Below are positions 42,788-55,728 of a stretch of DNA of 64,000 bases, piece by piece. Both the position numbers and the translations under genes were made by a program. The DNA lies in assembly GCA_977017645.1 (NCBI GenBank), contig OZ360230.1, positions 47,988,001 through 48,052,000 of the forward strand, given 5' to 3'. The stretch is from Torpedo marmorata (lineage: Eukaryota). The notes under the pieces were generated by a model. That model saw only the letters and a program-made list of their open reading frames with translations, was not told the DNA's origin and ran no database searches. The stretch's first letter is position 1; every line of letters starts with the position of its first letter.

Positions 42788-43763
42788 ATGCTTCTGGACG
42801 CTGGACCTCAATATCCTACTCTAGGAGTGACTACCTTCGGATCATCCCGACATCACTCAACAGGCGATGTCAACGATCGGGAAGTGGGACTGGGGATAAA
42901 TCCTTTCGCTGACGGGATGGGTGCTTTTAAAATCAGCCCCAGCACTCACGATCTCGCATCGGGTCAAACTGCCTTCACGTCGCAGGCTCCAGGCTATGCC
43001 GCGGCTCTGGGTCACCACCCCGGCCATGTGAGTTCGTACAGCAGCGCAGCGTTCAACTCGACCCGGGACTTTTTGTTTCGCAATCGGGGCTTCGGGGAAG
43101 CCGCTGCAGCTAGCGCCGGCCACAGCCTGTTCGCTTCGGCCGCGGCTGCGGGTAGTTTCGCGGGACCCCATGGACATACCGACGCTGCAGGCCATCTACT
43201 CTTCCCGGGGCTTCACGAACAGGCGACGACTCACGCTTCTCCCAACGCACATGTAATGAACGGGCAAATGCGTTTAGGGTTTTCTGGGGACGTGTATGGC
43301 AGAGCAGACCAATACAGCCAGGTCACCAGTCCCAGGTCGGACCACTACGCCTCGACCCAGCTGCACAGTTATGGTCCCATGAACATGAACATGGCGGCCC
43401 ACCATGGGGCCGGGGCCTTCTTCCGTTATATGAGGCAGCCCATTAAGCAAGAACTGATATGTAAATGGATAGAGCCCGAACAGTTGACGAATCCTAAAAA
43501 ATCATGCAACAAAACTTTTAGCACGATGCACGAACTGGTTACTCACGTAACAGTGGAACACGTTGGGGGACCAGAGCAGTCGAACCATATCTGCTTCTGG
43601 GAAGAGTGTCCAAGAGAAGGAAAGCCTTTCAAAGCCAAATATAAACTTGTAAATCACATCAGAGTCCACACTGGCGAGAAACCATTTCCCTGTCCATTCC
43701 CTGGATGCGGCAAAGTGTTTGCCCGATCAGAAAATCTCAAGATCCACAAAAGAACTCACACAG
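42788..43763 (+). CDS. zic1: Zinc finger protein Zic1, coding exon 1 (ZOC, ZF-NC, ZF1-ZF3)
   Basis: ATG 42788 opens [18 protein letters not shown], the canonical Zic1 N-terminus. [15 protein letters not shown] at 43052-43087, then [26 protein letters not shown]. Donor CACACAG|gtatgg. Confidence 0.97.
43538..43755 (+). repeat. Right arm of the 218-bp perfect inverted repeat (within zic1 exon 1)
   Basis: Identical to the reverse complement of 29578-29795. Confidence 0.95.
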
Positions 43764-45287
43764 GTATGGTGAATATATTTATAAAAACAGGAGAAGTGAA
43801 ATATTCCGCAATGTTTAGAATCGTTTTAATAAACGGGTCACTCAAAGTATTAATTCAGTTACGATTTTATGAATATATTTGCAAATAAATATGTATGTCG
43901 GAATAAAATTAACATGTTTAGCACTTTGATGTTTCTTAACTCCTGATGCTCCTTCTTCTGGTTCCTGTTCTTTTAAAAATAAGGAAAATATATAGTTACC
44001 GCCGTTCTACGACATTAAATGCGATGCTTAAAATAGCACAAAATTCAAGGAGAATCAGTTAATATAATATATGTCATGGTAGAGTTTATTTTCAATTAAA
44101 TTCTTAATTTTATCTGAACAAGAGAATGCCTATGGTTGCTTAGTTTCGTTATAAATTCACAACCAAACGCGCATATACTTGTGTTTTCACTCCCTCCGGT
44201 TTGGCTAATTCATTAATAGTATTTTTTCTCCACATGCATGTAAATTGATATACATAAAGCTGCGAAATCAACTTTCGTAGATAAAGACGTTTTATTCATG
44301 TAACTATATATGCGTGTAAATATTATGTGCGTGTTTGTGTATGTGTATGAGCGCGCGCCCGAATACATATGGGCATCATACGTGCCCACCTAAACGCATA
44401 CATTTTGGGATTCTTCCAAGTTTATAATCTTATTAAAACTTGATTCACAATGTGCGTTTGTGAAAAAAATGCACTTGACAACAATGTCGATGATAATGGC
44501 ACATAATGGTGAGGTTGTTGTAAAGATCTAGCAAAGTCGAGGTTTAACACTTTCTCGACTGTAAAACCTCCAGGGGCACTTAACAACAATTCACTTCACT
44601 GCATGAGATGTCCACTAACTCTTATTTTAAATAAACAGAATTGGAAACGGTTTAATTAAAGCGAAAATGTGAATAGAATTAACAAATAATCATTTCCGTT
44701 GTCTGTTTAAAATGCTATTTCATCATTTGCGTTACAAAGGCTATATTAGTCTATTGGGGAAGCATTTTTTGTTTCAGGGAGAGTTAATGTTTTAAATAAG
44801 AATTAGAATTCGAAAATTAATCTGGTAATTTTAACTTTATTCAAGATACAGTTACAGTTAAATAAAATATATATAAGCATGTAAGGCCGCGACGGCAGCT
44901 GCAATGTCTTGTAACTAGTTCCTGTCCATAATATAAATTAAGTAAATAATCAACATTATTAATCAGTGTTATTCATCCTTCATAACATCCCAGACAGAGG
45001 GGATGGGAACATAATGTAAACATGCTCCAGTTATTTAGGGTTTGCGAGGTATGGTTGTAAATTCGTGAGGCAGGGTGATCCAAAACACGTATTTGTTTTC
45101 ATGATGGCTGCTTTTCTTTGTTTTTTTAAAAAAATAAGTTTAGTACTTTTATACGTACACACACGCACACACTCAGTCATACACACCCACCCACCCACAT
45201 ACACAGACACACACACCCTCGCACATTTAGCATCCATAATATAGATGTAAATAATGAATTTCCTGAGAACTCAAATGGTATTAATAA

Positions 45288-45557
<270 letters not shown>

Positions 45558-45869
45558 TGAATATCTGACAGCTCTGTGCAGATGAAATTATGGAGCAATA
45601 TCCATTTTATAACCCTGTATGTTCAATATATTTTTATTCTATTATAGGTTAAATTTAAATATCGCCTACAGTTATGAAAAATCTATTTTTGCTTCATGTG
45701 TGTACTTAACAACTTTTGGCGATTACATTTTTTGAAATTGAATTTTTCAGAAGGCCTCAACATGTTTAGCGATATATTATATAGTAATACACTTTACATA
45801 TTTAATAAGCCCTCACACAAACGCTCGAGTTGTCTATATAATATTATATATGGTGGATGGTTTTTATAG

Positions 45870-46067
45870 GTGCACGAAGCATCCTCTCAAGGGTCACAGC
45901 CTTCTCCTGCGGCAAGTTCTGGGTACGAATCCTCAACACCCCCTACCATCGTGTCGCCCTCCACAGAAAACCAGACCAACAGTTCAATGTCCCCGACATC
46001 TTCTGCAGTTCACCACACATCCAACCACAGCACGCTTTCATCGAACTTTAACGAATGGTACGTTTAA
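45870..46067 (+). CDS. zic1: Zic1 coding exon 3 (Ser/Thr-rich C-terminus ending NFNEWYV)
   Basis: tttttatag|GTGCACGAA, encoding [25 protein letters not shown]...[10 protein letters not shown]. Total CDS is 976+164+198=1338 nt (445 aa). Confidence 0.96.
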   Translation: MHEASSQGSQPSPAASSGYESSTPPTIVSPSTENQTNSSMSPTSSAVHHTSNHSTLSSNFNEWYV

Positions 46068-49000
46068 GTAAACTACATAAAATAAAATAAAAACTTTTCA
46101 AAAAAGACTCCAAAGTTACGATCGCGAGGAATCAAAGACAAAAAAAAAGCTGCCACTAGAAGCCGAAAGGAATAACAAAAGAAGAAACCAAAACCTTTCA
46201 AAGGTTTCGTAGCGAATCTTAAAATGCATGTAGGACGATGCTATTTCTCCAGCCATTATCAAGTGCTGGATTTAAAGAACGATCTGATAAAGCTCTGAAA
46301 TTGCATGTTGTTCTATGGCAGCGGCCTTTCTTTCTTTCCCTTTTGTAAATATAGAATTACTAGTTTAAGAGTCTAATGTTTGAATCCTGTACATAGACAT
46401 ATCACAGGGGAGTTGTCAACGTGGTATTTGCATATCTGGGCGACGGTTGGAAAATCCAATTATTTGTTTATGGATGGCAAAAAAGTTACTATAGTCGATG
46501 TGTACCAAAATGTGAATTACTTTGTATTTGTCTCAACTGAGCGTCAGAAAGTTAGCAGATACTATTGTTATTAATGTGCTTTTTGTATCCAGTGCAGACC
46601 TTTCGTCCCAAAGTCCAGTCAGAGTAGTGAAGTGTTCAAAGTGTTGCTTGTTATGTCAAAGAAATATCGTAGTGCAAGCTTGGAAACTCCGTGTTAAAAT
46701 GTAACTTTGTTTTATGTAAGACTTGATATTAAAGCAAAATAAGAAATTTATCTGTCCATTGCCTTCGCAGTTGCGATAAATTTATGTATATATTCCCAAT
46801 CTCCATATTTATCCGCATGTACGTAAATTACCGGTATTACGTGTTACAGATATTCGATATTTATGAAAAATGCATTCGTATGTAAAACCTAGTTTACAAA
46901 CTGTTCCATAACATTTCGTACAATATTAAAGATTCCAAAATCCAATGCGCTGCATTCAGTATTTTTATTCATAGGGCAAATTATTGCACGTCACAGAATA
47001 AAATATCGAAGAAACATGGGGTAACTGAAATACATTAACAAGAATATTCTCTATTAAACGATAACATAAGTGCACTTGGAGATATGAAAATAATTGATAA
47101 AAAATTCCCATCTGATCACTGAAAATCACTTGGTTAATATTCATATCTAAAATTTGAAATAAAAAAGTATGGACTATTACGTAAATATATTTTGAATTAA
47201 CATCGCGATACTTGCATTTGTAGTCGTAAACTATTAGAGGTAATAAAAGAATACCCAAATTCAACGTAAAAATTATTTGTTACGAAGGGCAAAAACAACC
47301 GCCTGACTTCACAGGAAGTTAGCGAAAGAATAATGTGTCTGTTTTTGGACGCAATTGTTTCTGGGAATGCGTTGTTAAATATTTCCTACAATGTTGTAAT
47401 TTCGGATAGTCACTGCATTTAAAATAGATCAATAATATTTACAAATATCTTTTAAATATTCAAATATGGCAGATTTCAAAAACTTTCAAAGATGGGACAA
47501 CATGAATGTTTGTGTTTTTACAATTAACTAAGGCCTTTGTAGCTTCATATCTTTGCGATTATAATCGTTAATAGCTGACATTAATTGAAATCATTCTTAA
47601 TTTATGTTCTTTATTGTGAATTATAACCAATGGTTCTAAACCCAACCACTTAATGCAAAATTAAATCTACAAGAAGACTATTTATTTTATGTAATCTGAT
47701 TTTCTTTATGCATCTTTACTTATTTAATTCCCATCCAGTCTAAAAAACCCGTTCCATTCGATGATGTTCTGATAGCAAATTACTAAATGAGGAAAAAATA
47801 AAAATCTAAATTACTTATGCTTAATGACTGTAGCCGAACGCCTGTTTCACTAAATCAGATTGTCTTCTTTGCTATTTACTTTGATAGATTTGCAGGCTAT
47901 ATTGCTTCCACTAACTTAGCTACGCTTGTTGGAACTGTTTGGCTTTGTTCTTCATTGTGGCTTGCATGACCGCTCCATTAAGCAGACAACATATCAACAG
48001 ACAACACAAATCATGATGCAAGCTAAAGTTACGAATTCCCGTGATGTCCATGGAGTAGACAACAGAAACTGACCTTCCGAGAGATGAGATTAATAGTTTA
48101 ACTGTTTTGTTTTAAGATTAGAGTTAGCAAGGCCAGTTCTATAGGGTAAGGAGGCGGGCTAAACCAAATATAATTTCACCCGGTCCAAGAGTTGTAATGT
48201 AGCATTAAATTCAATTGGATTCTTAAACATTAGTTCAGCAATCATACTCTGAAATGTAATGTTTGTATTTTATAACACCTCAATTAAATAGTCTTAACTT
48301 ACTAAGAGATATTTTTCTGAATATTGATTTTGCCCAGCGAAGATAAGCTTCATCCAATCTTTTTTTAAAGTAATTAATTAGCTTGCAGACTTTTTTTTAG
48401 CCGAGTGGTATGTTAGTGAATAATAGCACTTTTGATAATATTCTCAACAGCAGCCGGTAACAGTCAGCTATTGCAGTGGTCAAAGTGAAAGCAAATCATA
48501 GAGCGCCACCTTGCAGACATAGGGATTGTGAGATCTCTGAAGGCAGAGTGAGCTGCGAGTAGGTTGGAGCTTCACAGAGCAATAATATTAAAAAAGACTA
48601 TTCACATCTATGCATACGCAAAGATACATTCACATTATTTTATTTTCCTATTTGTGGATCATAGCGGGAGAATAATCAAAATCAGTGTTGAATTAAAATA
48701 CACAAAAATACCCAACCCATCTAAAACCATTCAATGAATGCTCCGAGGAAGTATTTAATGCCGGTTACGTAAAAGCACAACATTCTGAGCCTCCACCCCC
48801 AATTCCCAATTTCGCCGTCTTCTGTTTATAGACAGCATTTTGTAAAGCCGGCTCCACCGCCGTTAATAGACAAGGTATTGCCAGTAAGAATTATAAGTAT
48901 TCTCCAAATATTTTCTGATACCTCAGCAAAAGAAACAGATTTTGCAGAATTCGTGTGTCGTGTGAGGCTCACCACTGGCAAGATAAAGGTTGTGTAAAAG

Positions 49001-52000
49001 GCGCAATGGATTTTGAATCCGGCCTGCAGGTTGAGAGACTGCCCTGGCACGTTTTTGGTCTCCTGGCCACCGCTTGTGGCAATTGCTCCCTCACTCTGTA
49101 TTGTCTTAATTTTACTATGTGTTTTTTTTGTGGCAAATACAAAATCCAATATTTATTACGACGCTGCTCGAAACCCACTCGTATTTTGAAGAAGATGAGG
49201 ACTGTGGCTAATAGAAACAAAAGTTTGGCATTTATGACTTCTATAAATGGAAATTAAGCACCAACAAATATGATTCGAATTTCATGTCATTTCGGGCAGC
49301 AGCCAAATTGTTGCAAGCAAAGTCGATTTTTAATTCCACGACTTATATCAAATAAGCCTGGAAGTGGAAGTACAACCTTACCAGCCGATTGCATTTTATC
49401 TTCTTGTTCAAGTACGAAATTGTGCACAATTGTTTATTGCTTTTTATTGCGATTGTTTCATGGGTTATCCGTCGTTGAAGCCCGTGAGAGTTTGAGATAG
49501 GATAGGATGTACTGTGCAACACTATTCAGTTGAAACCGAAGACCACATTACCAACCGCCTGAATCAGAAAATATACACCCTCAACTATCTTCAAGTGCTG
49601 TATAACTGGAAAGTACTTTCTGGTGCTCCATGCAAAAAGGTACACAACGCATTTTCTTCTGCAGGGTGGTTGATTTAAACAGAGAAGTGTCTAAATATCA
49701 CAAGACCGCGTTGGAGCCGTCTTCATTTTCAGTTTCCCAACATGATTTTTTTTATTATTGCTGTTCATATAATATTGGAATAGGGGAAATAACAACTGGA
49801 CAGGATTTCACAGAAAACGTTTATCTGATTGCAATGTCTGTAATACACTGAATACATGGGTGTTTCTAATTAACGATTCCTTTCCTTATACGGTGGACAA
49901 GGTAACTAAAGGCACATCATCATGATAATTGCGATGTCCTAACCTTGTCTGTATGGATTGATTGGTCTGTACTGTATAATTTTGGTGTAGGTGGGTTCGG
50001 GCTATAAGAACTTTTCACCGGATTACTACTCACCCGTTCCTACTTTAACAGCTCGTATCACTGTTAAACAGTTCCTCTCGTAGTTGCCTCCTGTTTCATT
50101 GTTGACAGCTTGAATTAATGCGGGTAAAAAAGAGGTAAATAACTATGGGTATATATTTGTAATGAGGTTTTAGCGTACATATTATTTTTAAGTATTTTCT
50201 AAAACAATGCATTGAAAACGGCGACTAGCTTTTCAAATGGTGTTTCGAACTTTTATATTTCCCTATTTATTAGAAGAAAGCAAGTTGGCTGCCATGGGCC
50301 CTTGAGAGCGGTGCAATTCAATAACTAAAGAAACACGATCAGCCTGTGGAATATCGCTGCTATTTTTAACGTGCAGCTGGAAGCTGTCATCAATTTGTAA
50401 TATTTATTCCAGCGATAGAATGATGGCACAACATTGTACGGAGTTTCCAGATGACGCACTCTGCACAAAAAAAAAAACGTTTTAAGTCGAATTAATATCA
50501 AAACCCTGTAGCATTTCTTATTCCAAACCCTGCCACGGTAACTCGTAGGATCAAGCATTAACAGCCTCGCCGACGCAGTGGTTAAAGGAAAAATATATTG
50601 TTTACCGCTATATTTTTAATTTTTTTTTTCGTGCTCTTTGCCCCCAATAATTTTTGCACCGCTGATTAACTTGTGTTAGTAAACAAAAATAACCTGATAC
50701 TTCGGTCTGGTGGAGAAACATTCAGTTGTGGAAGAGCCAGTAGCGGTACATGCGCAGTACGCTGAGTGGAAATATGGCCAACAGTAGTACACGTGCTGGT
50801 GAATATTTATTATTATCATCATCTACTGACCTTATAAGCAAAGGCTGTCCACTGATTCCGAGCAGGACAAATTAGTTGCCAGTCACTTACGGCCGCTTTT
50901 AATACAGGTTAATGTGATACCGCAATAATTAAATCTGCATAAATTATGATACTTTAAATGTCCCCGCATACATATTTATAATCGCAGTTGTCACGCAAGC
51001 GGAATTGAAATGTTAAACTACTTTCCTCAGTTCCTCGATGTACATCATTTATCCAAATCAAGATGCTTAATTTATTAATACACATTTTCAGCTGGTTTGT
51101 GTAAAAAAAAATGTTGTCAACGTCACGATTCAAAAACGCCGACCTGAAATATTTTTTGCACGGAGGATAATGTTCACGTGAAACTACATTTTTAAATATC
51201 CGAGGAGAGCATATTTGGACATTATCAGAGTTTCATAAAACATTTCCGATATGTACAATTGTAACTTTTAAACAGAACTATGATGGATAAATCAACATTT
51301 TCCATTGAGGTACTGACTACTGTTATCGGGGAGCAGACAAAGTAAGATTTCATATCATGCTATAAGCTATATGATTCATGCCGTATATAAACATGTTTGT
51401 ATGTATGTACGAGCATATATTATATTTACATAGCTGATGATGTTAAGAAAATTATACGATTATAATTGGTATTTTACAGAATTATTCTTGCAGATCATAT
51501 GTCAAAATAATAAATAATCTTTTGGTCTATTCAATGTGACTGTTCACTAGGTCCAGTTCAAGTCATACGTCAACATACATTCGCTTTCATAATAACTATC
51601 TGATAAATCTAACATCGATTAACAATATTTCAATTTTACTTGTCGTGATTTATAAACGGTCCCATGTTATATGCAGTATAGATTTCAGCGAAAATAATGA
51701 AACATTATTAATCGTTGTACAGGCAGCAAATACGCCTTTTTGCAATCATTACAAATGTAAATTCGCATAACGTAGCAACTGCAAACCACACTAAAATGAC
51801 TGACCAATTTGTAAATTTTTGTTGCACCCCCCCTCCCGCTCAACTTAATCTAACAGACTATGAACAGCACCGAATTTTAATGTATTAAAGAATTGGATTA
51901 AGCACATAAACATAACATGCAATTTTATTTGCTTTTTAAAATTAAAAGATGGAATTTCCTTGAGGATATACCAGTCGCGTTTGGTTTGCCCTGGTCAAAA

Positions 52001-53979
52001 ATGTGACATTGTAAACCATTTTTGCTAATAAGATCATAATGTTAGCAACTTGAGCACATGTAAATTTATGGTGTTTTGATATTTGAATGTAGGATTTTCC
52101 GCCTGTTTTTCTCGACAGGATTTCGAATCTATTGGAGGTAAAACTAAATTATATGTCACATTGACGTCGTGAGTTGATTTTTTTCTTTACTTATGCACAG
52201 CTAATTTAGATCCCAAAGCAGCTATAAGCAAAAATCCAATAAAAGCAACATTGTATTTTGTGGCGTGCAGTAGGCGTGTAACAATAATTGTAACAGTAAC
52301 AAATGCGGCATGCAAAAATCAACAGTAGGAAACAAAGTTGAACAGAAATGAATATTGCTATTCATGATTAGTGTCTGAGGTTTAATTGGTGATGCTGCCA
52401 TGTTACCCTAATTTCAATTGTAAATATTGAACTTAAATAATTGAACTGTATATTTATTAAAGTGTCACAATATATTCAGTTATTATATACACACGTGAAT
52501 AGGACATTTGAAGTATTATTAAAATCTTATTCATCTGATTATGCAATCTATAGGTGCAGACGTGGTGACAATGCATTTATATTCACCAAGTAATTTCACT
52601 TATGCTTCAGAGTACACTAGGATAGAGCGCTTGATAACGAATCCTTCAATTTACAAAAAATCAGTTTTGCCTTTTTTGCGGACATCAAACCAACATTTCA
52701 AAAAATAACACATTGCAGACCTACGAAAGTTCACCAACAAGTATTTGACATATCACAGATTTATTCCTTTTTTCTCTTAAAAGGAAGTCTTATGCCCGAA
52801 TGTCACATGTAGGCATCACCGTGGGTATATTGTTATTTGCCCAGATTATTTCTTCCGCAGGAGCCCAAGGCAGCAACAAACAGAATCTGCTTTAGTTTAG
52901 ACATTGCTATTAAAAACTGTTTTGGGAAATCAGTGACGATGTATCTAATTGAAGATTATAAAGCATCAAGCGTTTGCATGATTTTTTTCTGATCGCTAAA
53001 AATGTAAAAGCAAAAATGACAGAATTCATCCCAATTTCCCACTGAATTATTTCGAAAATTACATTTGTATATGTATATTTGCATATGTTGTATTTGCACA
53101 TTGTTGACTGCGTTGTATTGCCATTTGGATAAACTTGAAAGAAAATTGAATAGTCGTTCTTCGCTGTTGCCTACATTTTGCAATTCTTCTGTCAACCACC
53201 TACCAAAACGAACCTATATAAATATTCCCCCTTGTCAGGGTCATTGCTTAAATTGCGAAATTGCTTAGTTTGAGTTTGTTGCTGAGACAGGTTCCTGTCG
53301 GTAAAAGGAAGCCCAACAATGGCATGTGCGCAGATTGAATTGAACACAAACTCAATTTAAATGCTTATTGCGACAGTACTTATTTATAACCAAAAAAAGT
53401 GTTATAAAACAAACAATAACCACAATAACAAAGACTTAATGACCATGAATGTCATTTCCTTGTGCTTATGAATTTGTGGACATGAAACGTGGTTACTTTA
53501 AGAGTTCACAGACAAATGGTAAATAAATAATTCGCATAAATGATCATAGATGAGCGAATAAAAAAACAATCACAGGTAGACACAGACGCATTTTAAGTAT
53601 ATATAAAGCCAAACGACGTGATGTAAAGATTTACTGCCCATTTGGAAGCATGCAACGCTAATCAATATTGTTGCTGCTGCTGGTAATTTTATTTCCTTGC
53701 TGTGTTTATTCATGGTCGCTCTATATCTCTCTGGCACTGATTCCGGGTGAGAGGTTACCCTTACTTGCCTCTCCTCGGCGTGCATATCGCCTCCGTTCCC
53801 CTGTGCATATTCTGATTTTTTATTTTATTTTGAAGGCAACTTTACTTTTCGTTTCCTTGTCAGTGTGCAGAGCGGTTTTAACATATTAACGGGGCATTGA
53901 ATAAGGGTTTCAATGTTAACACTCTCGGCAGAATACACATTTTGCATGACTTTTTTTTCAACTGCTGCCGGTTGCACTG

Positions 53980-54350
53980 TTGTCCTTTTACAAAGGGGGA
54001 CGCTCCAAGAGGTACGCGTCTGTCCCACCATTCCACCTGATCAACACACCCGTGATGACTCAACCAACGTGGGCCAATTACCGATCACCTCCGCGCCCTT
54101 TCTGCCTCACGATCCAATCACATTGCATCGCCTCCACTTCGCATCCGCGGTTGAGTGGTGTGGCATCCACCCTCCCTTCGCTGCCTGCAGCCGGATGGTC
54201 CAATCAAATTCCACCCCCGCGCCCCTGCAGTCAATTCCTACTCCAGCACGCGTTCTGCGCATGAATGGAGCGGTGCTGGGTTGAATCCCGCTTCAACCCC
54301 ACGTGCGCACTTCCTCGCGTGGCGTGCGTCAATGGCCGATCTCAAGCCTC
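53980..54350. promoter_or_regulatory. Orphan CpG island with promoter-type motifs
   Basis: Locally GC- and CpG-rich. CCAAT at 54074, 54114 and 54200; TGCGCATG about 54256; CACGTG 54300; CACTTCC about 54308. No associated coding exon recognised. Confidence 0.55.
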
Positions 54351-54993
54351 TCAATCACCAAAGTCAGATGGACCATTGGAGGTCTTGCACTGAGAACATT
54401 AATTGTAATCTGTCACTTGCTTTTAAACGTCGTGGGATCCAACCGTCTTAACACATCTTGTGTGTGGTGACCAAACAGGTTGAGGTTAATGAGCAGGATG
54501 GTGGTAACTAGGTGCAAGCAATAGACAATATCATAACTTCCTGACCACCATATACACTTGATGGAGATCACCCCCTCCCACCACTTCGGAAAGGACATAG
54601 AGTGGTAGAGAAATCACAAACTCAATTGACAAATGATTCATCACCAAGAGGAATAAGAAGAGGTTGTCAGTAATGCCAAATCAAGATCTTGTGGGTGTTG
54701 GAAATACGACTTAAAAGCATAACTTGCTGCCAATGTTTATCACCAGAGAGGGGAAAAGAGTTAATGTTTCCATTTGATCAGAATAGCTGGTGCTGTCATG
54801 CCTTCCCTCCACCAAAACCGTGGCAGAGGCTTTACATCAGACCGACACTGAAGGAGAAACTGGTCAGACCCTTAAATTTACCCTTGGCCAAGAAGATGCT
54901 GCACGCTCTGTGCAGAAGGCAATAAGCACAGCAACATGTGAAGCCTGGCTTAAAATGTGGACGGCAGTTCATTGCATCTGAAAAGAAGCTAGC

Positions 54994-55040
54994 CAATCTA
55001 AATTTGAAATCTAAATCTGAAATCTAAATCTAAATCAATC
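54994..55040 (+). repeat. (AAATCT/AATCTG)n short repeat, possibly an isolated Rex1-type tail
   Basis: aatctaaatttgaaatctaaatctgaaatctaaatctaaatc. It is the reverse complement of the tail type seen at 55927 and 63540. Confidence 0.45.
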
Positions 55041-55621
55041 TTACGACTTAGAAAAAAGTGAATGGTTTTGCAGTTTTGATCCGATGAAGCAGGCGAAATA
55101 AGGCAACAGAGATGATAGCAATGGTTGTTCTGAATGGTCAAAATCTGTATAGGTTTTGTTTCCAGAGTCATCTTTACCTGTAATGTTTAGACAAAAAAAA
55201 ACCTCGCTTTCTTACTTAAAAGGTCTGTGAAGCTTCGGGGGTTCTAAAGGCAAAGAACACTGATGATTTCAAAAAGGAACTGAGGAAAATAAACTTGCAG
55301 GGCTCTGAGGATGCAACAGCAGAACAGGACTGACTGAGCTGTGCTGAGTGCCTGAATGAACCTGTTGGGCCAAATAGTCTCCTTCTATACTGCAACCATT
55401 TTCTGAGACTATGACTCTAGCAGAGAAATCAATAAAAAAACGACACAAATTTGACTCTGTCTTGCGTAATAGCAGAAATTGAAATATCAGGAATCTCATG
55501 AAACTTTTAAACCATTGAACACGAGGGAAGAATTTATAATCATTGGATAGACAATTTTGATTCAGGTGTTCGTTAACCTTTATGGATAAATGAGCAATGT
55601 ATCCAGTGATTTATGCATGGA

Positions 55622-55728
55622 GTAAAAAACACAAAAGCTGGAGAACTCAGCCGGTCAAACAGTGTATTTTATGTAGCAAAGGTAGAAATACATAACCGAC
55701 GTTTCAGGCTTGAGCCCTTCATCAAAGT
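55622..55728 (-). mobile_element. 107-bp Penelope-like-derived short retroposon with a minimal hammerhead motif and 13-bp TSD
   Basis: Direct repeat ATTTATGCATGGA at 55609-55621 and 55729-55741. The minus strand reads ACT-TTGATGA-A-GGGC-TCAA-GCCT-GAAAC-GTC-GGT. Confidence 0.75.

Noticed and set aside
43764-43888. ORF read-through past the exon ends (also 29502-29569, 26545-26581 and 45471-45560)
   Set aside because: These are intronic sequence beyond canonical GT/AG sites with no Zic similarity.
53913-54451. ORFs of 94-123 aa over the CpG island
   Set aside because: They are open in several frames because of GC richness and show no domain similarity.
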